Shown piece after piece: positions 58,539 to 64,000 of a DNA stretch of 64,000 bases. This DNA is from Neocallimastix sp. 'constans' (taxonomy: Eukaryota), in contig JBODTK010000134.1 in NCBI GenBank assembly GCA_050613775.1, forward strand, positions 310,001 to 374,000. Reading direction: 5' to 3'. Both the position numbers and the translations under genes were made by a program. The notes beneath the pieces were generated by a model that saw nothing but the letters and a program-made list of their open reading frames with translations, did not search any database and was not told where the DNA came from. The stretch's first letter is position 1. Every line of letters begins with the position of its first letter.

Positions 58539-59387
58539 ATATTACATTATAACAATTTACTATTTTCTATTATTTATTACTATTTAAATTTTTTATATAT
58601 GGATTGATATGTATATTCATATCATTCTTTCAAATCTATATAATAAATAATATAAAATATAAATATAATAACTAAAACAATAATAATAAATAATAATAAT
58701 AGATAATATATTAAATAATATAATAAATAATAAAAAAAGTTTATATTTCATAAAATTTAATTTATTTAAATATATAAAAAAATAAAAAGTGTCCATCTCT
58801 TAATTTTATTACTTTTATAAACGGGAATTTAATATATTATGAATATAAAGTAATATAATATCTAATTGGATAAATAATAAAAAAAAGCATAAAAAAAAAA
58901 AAGAAAAAAAAAAAAAACATAAAAAATAAAAATTAAAAAAATAAAATTAAAAATTAAAAAATATTAAATAGAATTTAAAGAATTAAAAATTAAAAATTAA
59001 AATTAAAAATTGTGTCATTTTTTGATGTAAAAATGAAAAATTAAAAAATTAAAAAAAATAAAATATAAAAAAAAATAATAAAATAATAAAAAATATAAAA
59101 ATAAAATAATAAAATATAAAAAAAAAATTTATTTAAATATTTATACCTTTGCTTTTTCCTAGAATTTTAATTTTAAACCATTTTATGAAGAACAAAATAA
59201 AATAAATAAGAATTTCATTATGTTGAAAAAATAATTTTTATATAATATATATATATATTTAAATAGGTATATAAGTAGTTTTAATTCCCTTAATGTAATG
59301 AATGCTCTTCTATATTATATACAACAAAAAATCAAATATATTTTGAAATATGATAATATTTTAATATTTACAAGTTAATCAAAAAAG

Positions 59388-59420
<33 letters not shown>

Positions 59421-60974
59421 TATAATTCTATTTAATAGAAAAAAAAATCAAAGTATTTAAATTGAATTTAATGAACATAATAGAAATATTACAGAAGAAA
59501 ATATTTATCAAAATGATTACTAATATTAATTTTTATTTTATCTTATTTCATGATATTATATAATACAAATTTTAATTATATTTTAATCATTGCTATTGTT
59601 ATTGATAATAATCTAATCTTTATTTAATAAATAAAAACCTAAACTATATATATAAATTTTTATATTTTTATTTTCAGAAGTTTGAACACCAAAAATAATA
59701 TAAATAGTTCATTGAAAAAAAAAATTGAAATTTTCATATTAGTTAGTTTTTCTCAAAATAAAGAAATAAGACAAATAAGAAAAATTAAATAAAATAATAA
59801 GAAAAATAAATATATATATAAAATTTGATTTTAATGATAAAAAATTAAATAAATAAATAATATAAAATTAAATAAAATAAAATAAAATTAAAATTAAAAT
59901 AAAAAATAAAAATAAAATAAAAGGGGTTTTTGGTGGTGAAGACCATCTTTTTCTATTGGATTGACATTTTTTGTATCCAATAGAAATGAAATTTACGGAT
60001 GATGAATCAATTAAATATAAATGAAAAAAATAATAATAATAATAATTAAAAAAAAAAAAAAAAGAAATAATGAATTAAATGAATTAAATAAATAAATAAT
60101 AAAATTATTATATATTTTTTTATAATTATATATATATATTAATATTTTTTATAATTAGTTTAATCTTAATTATTAATATTTATTATTATAATTATTATTA
60201 TTATTATTATTATTATTATTTTAATCTATTCTTTCTATTAAATATATCTAAAAACTAAATAAATAAAAGAAATATAAAAAATATATTTATTTTTTGTTTT
60301 AATCTATTATGATCTTTATTAAAATAGTTTTCTAAATAAATAACATTATTAAAGCTAATTTATTAAGTATCATACTAATAGTAATATCGTAACAATTTGT
60401 ACTTAAAAAACTCATAAAAAAAAAAATTTAAGATTTATTATATTTTTATAGTTATCCTTTTATTATTATTATTTCTTTTTGTATCCATATATTTAATATT
60501 ATTTATGATATTTATGATTTATTATTATTAGAATTACTTATTGTTTTGTTATTGGCCGTCCTTATATCTTTATTTATGTGTTGACAATAAAAATAAATAG
60601 AAATAAGAACATGTTATCACATGTTAAAACCTCCATATGTAGGAATGTAATGCATTTTGACATAATTTATGTATAATCAACTTTTATGTGTTATTATTTT
60701 TAGTAGAGTATGATTATATTATTTTTTATTCATATTAATATTTATTTAATATAATATTTTATTAATATTAATAATTTGAATGAAAGTATCATGTGATCAT
60801 TCACATATTTTTTTTAATAAAAATTAAAACTTTCAATTAAAATAATTTTTTTTTTTAATAAACTTCTTATAACAAATAATCTCTAAAGAAATATAATAAA
60901 ATTTTCTTTATAATCATAATAATTAAATAAATAACTTTTTTTCTTTTTCTTTTTTTTTTTTTTTTTTTTTTTTT

Positions 60975-61485
60975 GATGGAAAATTTTATCATAATTTGTC
61001 AGCTAGGCTAAAATTTTACTTTTTTTTTTTTTTTTATCCCATGCATGAAACTTCCACAATATTTACGATATATCTCTAAAGTAAAATAAGAGATTAATAC
61101 ATTTCGAGTTTTTCCAATTTTTTTTTTTAAAACCACTTTACCTGAGCAATCGTACATTTCGCTCGAAAGAGAGAAGAGGAATATGAAGTTCTTTAGAAAC
61201 ACAATAAAAAGGATGTAAAGCTATTCCCCCATTTGAAAAATCCTTTAATCCAATATAAAAATCTTAAATTAACTTAGTGTCAGTGTATGCATTTCTCGTT
61301 CTTTCTTTATTCGATTCCGAGTAGTAGAGGTGTATAATATGATACTTGTCTTATTATTATAGCAGAAAATAATATTCGTTTATAGCCACTTAAGAAGAGA
61401 TCAATCATCATCAGATTTTACAGAAAACTGTAATTAGTACACTTGATGAAAGCCATTTCTTTTCCTTCAACCCTCAAAGAACTTT
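60975..61485 (-). mobile_element. Internal LINE ORF2 fragment (region C-terminal to RT), degenerate
   Basis: Frameshifted minus-strand reading IIRQVSYYTPLL.SNKERTRN..WIKGF..NSFTS..VSKELHIP..RAKCTIAQ..WKNSKC..HAW; recognised from memory as typical of post-RT regions of fungal non-LTR elements. Confidence 0.6.
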
Positions 61486-62451
61486 ATTTTTATTTTTATT
61501 TTATTTTTTTTTTGAAATATAATTGCTAGAATTTCTTAATTGATAAATATATATTAAAAAAAAAGTTAATGCAATAAAATAAGATGATGAGAAAAATATA
61601 AGAAATATATATATATATATATTTATATACTAATAATAATTGATCGAGTATTAAAAAATATAAATAATGAAAAATAATGAAAAAAAAAAAAAAAAAAAGA
61701 GAAAAATAAATTTAAAATTATATAAAATCAAAAGATAAAAATAAAAATAATAAATAAAAAAAAATAATTTATATATATATATATATTATACTTTGAAATC
61801 ATCAGAAATGCTATAGCATTCACATTGTAATATTTCTTACGTTTTAATTTAACGACATAATTTTTTAATACAGATAAATAAACAAATAGTAATTTGGAAT
61901 TATTGAAAATAAATATAAATTTATTAATTTAAATATTGATCATTAAAAAAATAGCATATTATTATAAACATTTTATATTACATTAAAGAAAAAAAAATTG
62001 GAATAGTTAATATTATTTTATTCACAATAAATAATAAAATAATAAAATAATAAAATAATTAAATAATTAAATAAATGTTTTATTTTTTTAGACATTACGA
62101 ATAAAAATATTTTTTATAAATGCTTTATATGCATCAGTTAACATTTAAAAACCGAAAAAAAAATTAATTCAGAATTAAAATTGAAAAAAAAAAAAAAATT
62201 GGATAAATATAATATTTTATACATATAATATGTTAATATTTTTTCGTTCTCATTTTATTATAATTTAAAAATATTTTGAATTATATATAGTAATATATAA
62301 TAAATAATTACCGATAGATAAATTAAAAATAAAGAGATTTTTTTTTAAAAAACAAAAAAAATAAAATAAAATAAAAAGATTTTGTAATAATTATTAATAT
62401 ATAATAGAGTAGATAATTTTTTTATTCTTTAATTATTTAATAACTCATTTT

Positions 62452-63558
62452 TTAATTTCTCTTCTTCTTTTTATTTTTCTTTTTGTTATTCTTCTTTTTA
62501 TTATTTTTCTTTTTTTTATTTTTCATTTTATTGCTGGTGTTATGACCACTAGTTGGATCTTTTTCTTTTTCAAGATTATCACGAGTAGTTAAATCTTTTA
62601 TGGCATTGGTATCATTACTAATACGTGAATCTTCATTTTCATCTTCATTTTTATTGATAGTATCATTATTAGTTGAATCTTCATTTTCATCTTCATTTTT
62701 ATTGATAGTGTCATTATTAGTTGAATCTTCATTTTCATTTTCATGTTCATCGATAGTGTCATTATTAGTTGAATCTTCACTTGGATGATAATATCTAAAT
62801 CCATATCCAAAAATTCTTGGTCCAGAAAGAATTCCTAATTTTTCATCTTTTTTAGCAAAGGGTTGATATAAAATACTAAATACATTTGTAACACAGGTTA
62901 AACCATTTTTGGCCCTAATTGCAATAAAATAAACTCTACAACGTTCAAGATAATTAAAAGGAATGGATATGTTTTCTTCCAGTTTTCCTAAATCTGTTTC
63001 TCTCCAAATAGGATTTATGTTAAAACTTTTTGAATAGTAATAATTATGGGAAGAATTATATGGCTTGTTAGTTACTTTTCCTTCATAGGCTTCATACAAT
63101 TCCCTACCATCAAGGTCTTCATCCCAACTATGATATTTTGTTTTAATTAAAAAAACATTCGCTTCAACGTTCTTCTTTTTATAAAAGTTAACTAATTTTT
63201 TAAAAGAGTATGGATAAACAGAGTAGCCTCGTTCCAGATCAGATCTATTGAAGAACATATGCGTCATATAGACTTCACGATATATCATTGGCCTAAGGTT
63301 ATATTTTTGCTTAAGTTTATTGATATTTAGTGGGTTTGTATTTGACACATTCGTACTACTGGAATGATATGAACTCTGGAATACATAAACGATTCTGGCT
63401 TCTTTTAAAATTGGTATTAATTCATCGCCATAATCATTAGGATCTTCTTCATAAACTTGTCTTCCTTTATAGAAGTCCTTTAAAGAAATTTCTCTTTGAT
63501 TCAATTTTAAAGCTGTAATTAATTGAATTAAACTTTCAATCTTTTGTACCTCATCCAT
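62452..63558 (-). CDS. Intronless hypothetical protein (368 aa) with three 16-aa acidic repeats and a K/N-rich C-terminus
   Basis: 1.1-kb open frame in a stop-rich background; globular-looking N-terminal ~260 aa; repeats STNNDTI(D/N)xxE(N/D)ENED. Confidence 0.8.
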   Translation of the reverse strand: MDEVQKIESLIQLITALKLNQREISLKDFYKGRQVYEEDPNDYGDELIPILKEARIVYVFQSSYHSSSTNVSNTNPLNINKLKQKYNLRPMIYREVYMTHMFFNRSDLERGYSVYPYSFKKLVNFYKKKNVEANVFLIKTKYHSWDEDLDGRELYEAYEGKVTNKPYNSSHNYYYSKSFNINPIWRETDLGKLEENISIPFNYLERCRVYFIAIRAKNGLTCVTNVFSILYQPFAKKDEKLGILSGPRIFGYGFRYYHPSEDSTNNDTIDEHENENEDSTNNDTINKNEDENEDSTNNDTINKNEDENEDSRISNDTNAIKDLTTRDNLEKEKDPTSGHNTSNKMKNKKKKNNKKKNNKKKNKKKKRN

Positions 63559-63814
63559 GTTATTAAGGATAATGTTAAACTATATCTATATACAATACTT
63601 GATAATAAATAAATAAATAAACAAATATAATGATTTCAAAAAGTTATACTAATTTTAATTATTTTATTAAATTGATATATATTAATTTTAATTAAATTTA
63701 AAAATCAGTAGTAGAATAGAAAAAAAAATTTGAAGGAAATTCTTTATTTTTATAGTTTTTTTTTTTTTTTTTTTATTTATTGTTTTTTTAATATATAGTT
63801 TCTTTTATTTATAG

Positions 63815-63870
<56 letters not shown>

Positions 63871-64000
63871 TAATGAAATTTTGATGCATTATAAATATTA
63901 ATATATAACTTTTAAATAATAAAATAACATTTAAATAATTAAATATGAAATATATTAATAATTAAAAAAAGAAAAAAAAGAAAAATAAAGTATTATTATA

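Noticed and set aside
62598..62810. Repetitive alternative-frame ORFs
   Set aside because: By-products of the 48-bp tandem repeat inside the 368-aa ORF.

Overview
Extremely AT-rich, microsatellite-laden, intron-containing eukaryotic DNA. Composition and gene content (solute-binding-protein/7TM fusion receptor, CotH kinase, dynein-2 subunit, presequence-less fumarase) point to an anaerobic gut fungus (Neocallimastigomycota); this is an inference. I reconstructed nine protein genes by hand from GT-AG splice sites and frame continuity: SBP-GPCR, fructosamine/ketosamine-3-kinase, a PAN/apple-like single-pass membrane protein, WDR34/DYNC2I2, PPG1-type phosphatase, class II fumarase, CotH, an EamA/DMT transporter and an intronless orphan. 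The intergenic space holds many relics: an ABCC transporter pseudogene fragment, a TIR-bounded Mutator-like (MULE) element inserted in a copia-like gag remnant, a second MULE-type end next to a compound minisatellite, about six LINE remnants (five poly(A)-tailed copies sharing a terminal motif, one with a clean 12-bp TSD), a decayed copy of an EamA exon, several fold-back elements and an unexplained CpG-rich structured island. No rRNA, tRNA or CRISPR array was recognised. I found no clearly new multi-gene system. Family calls come from motif recognition, not database searches.
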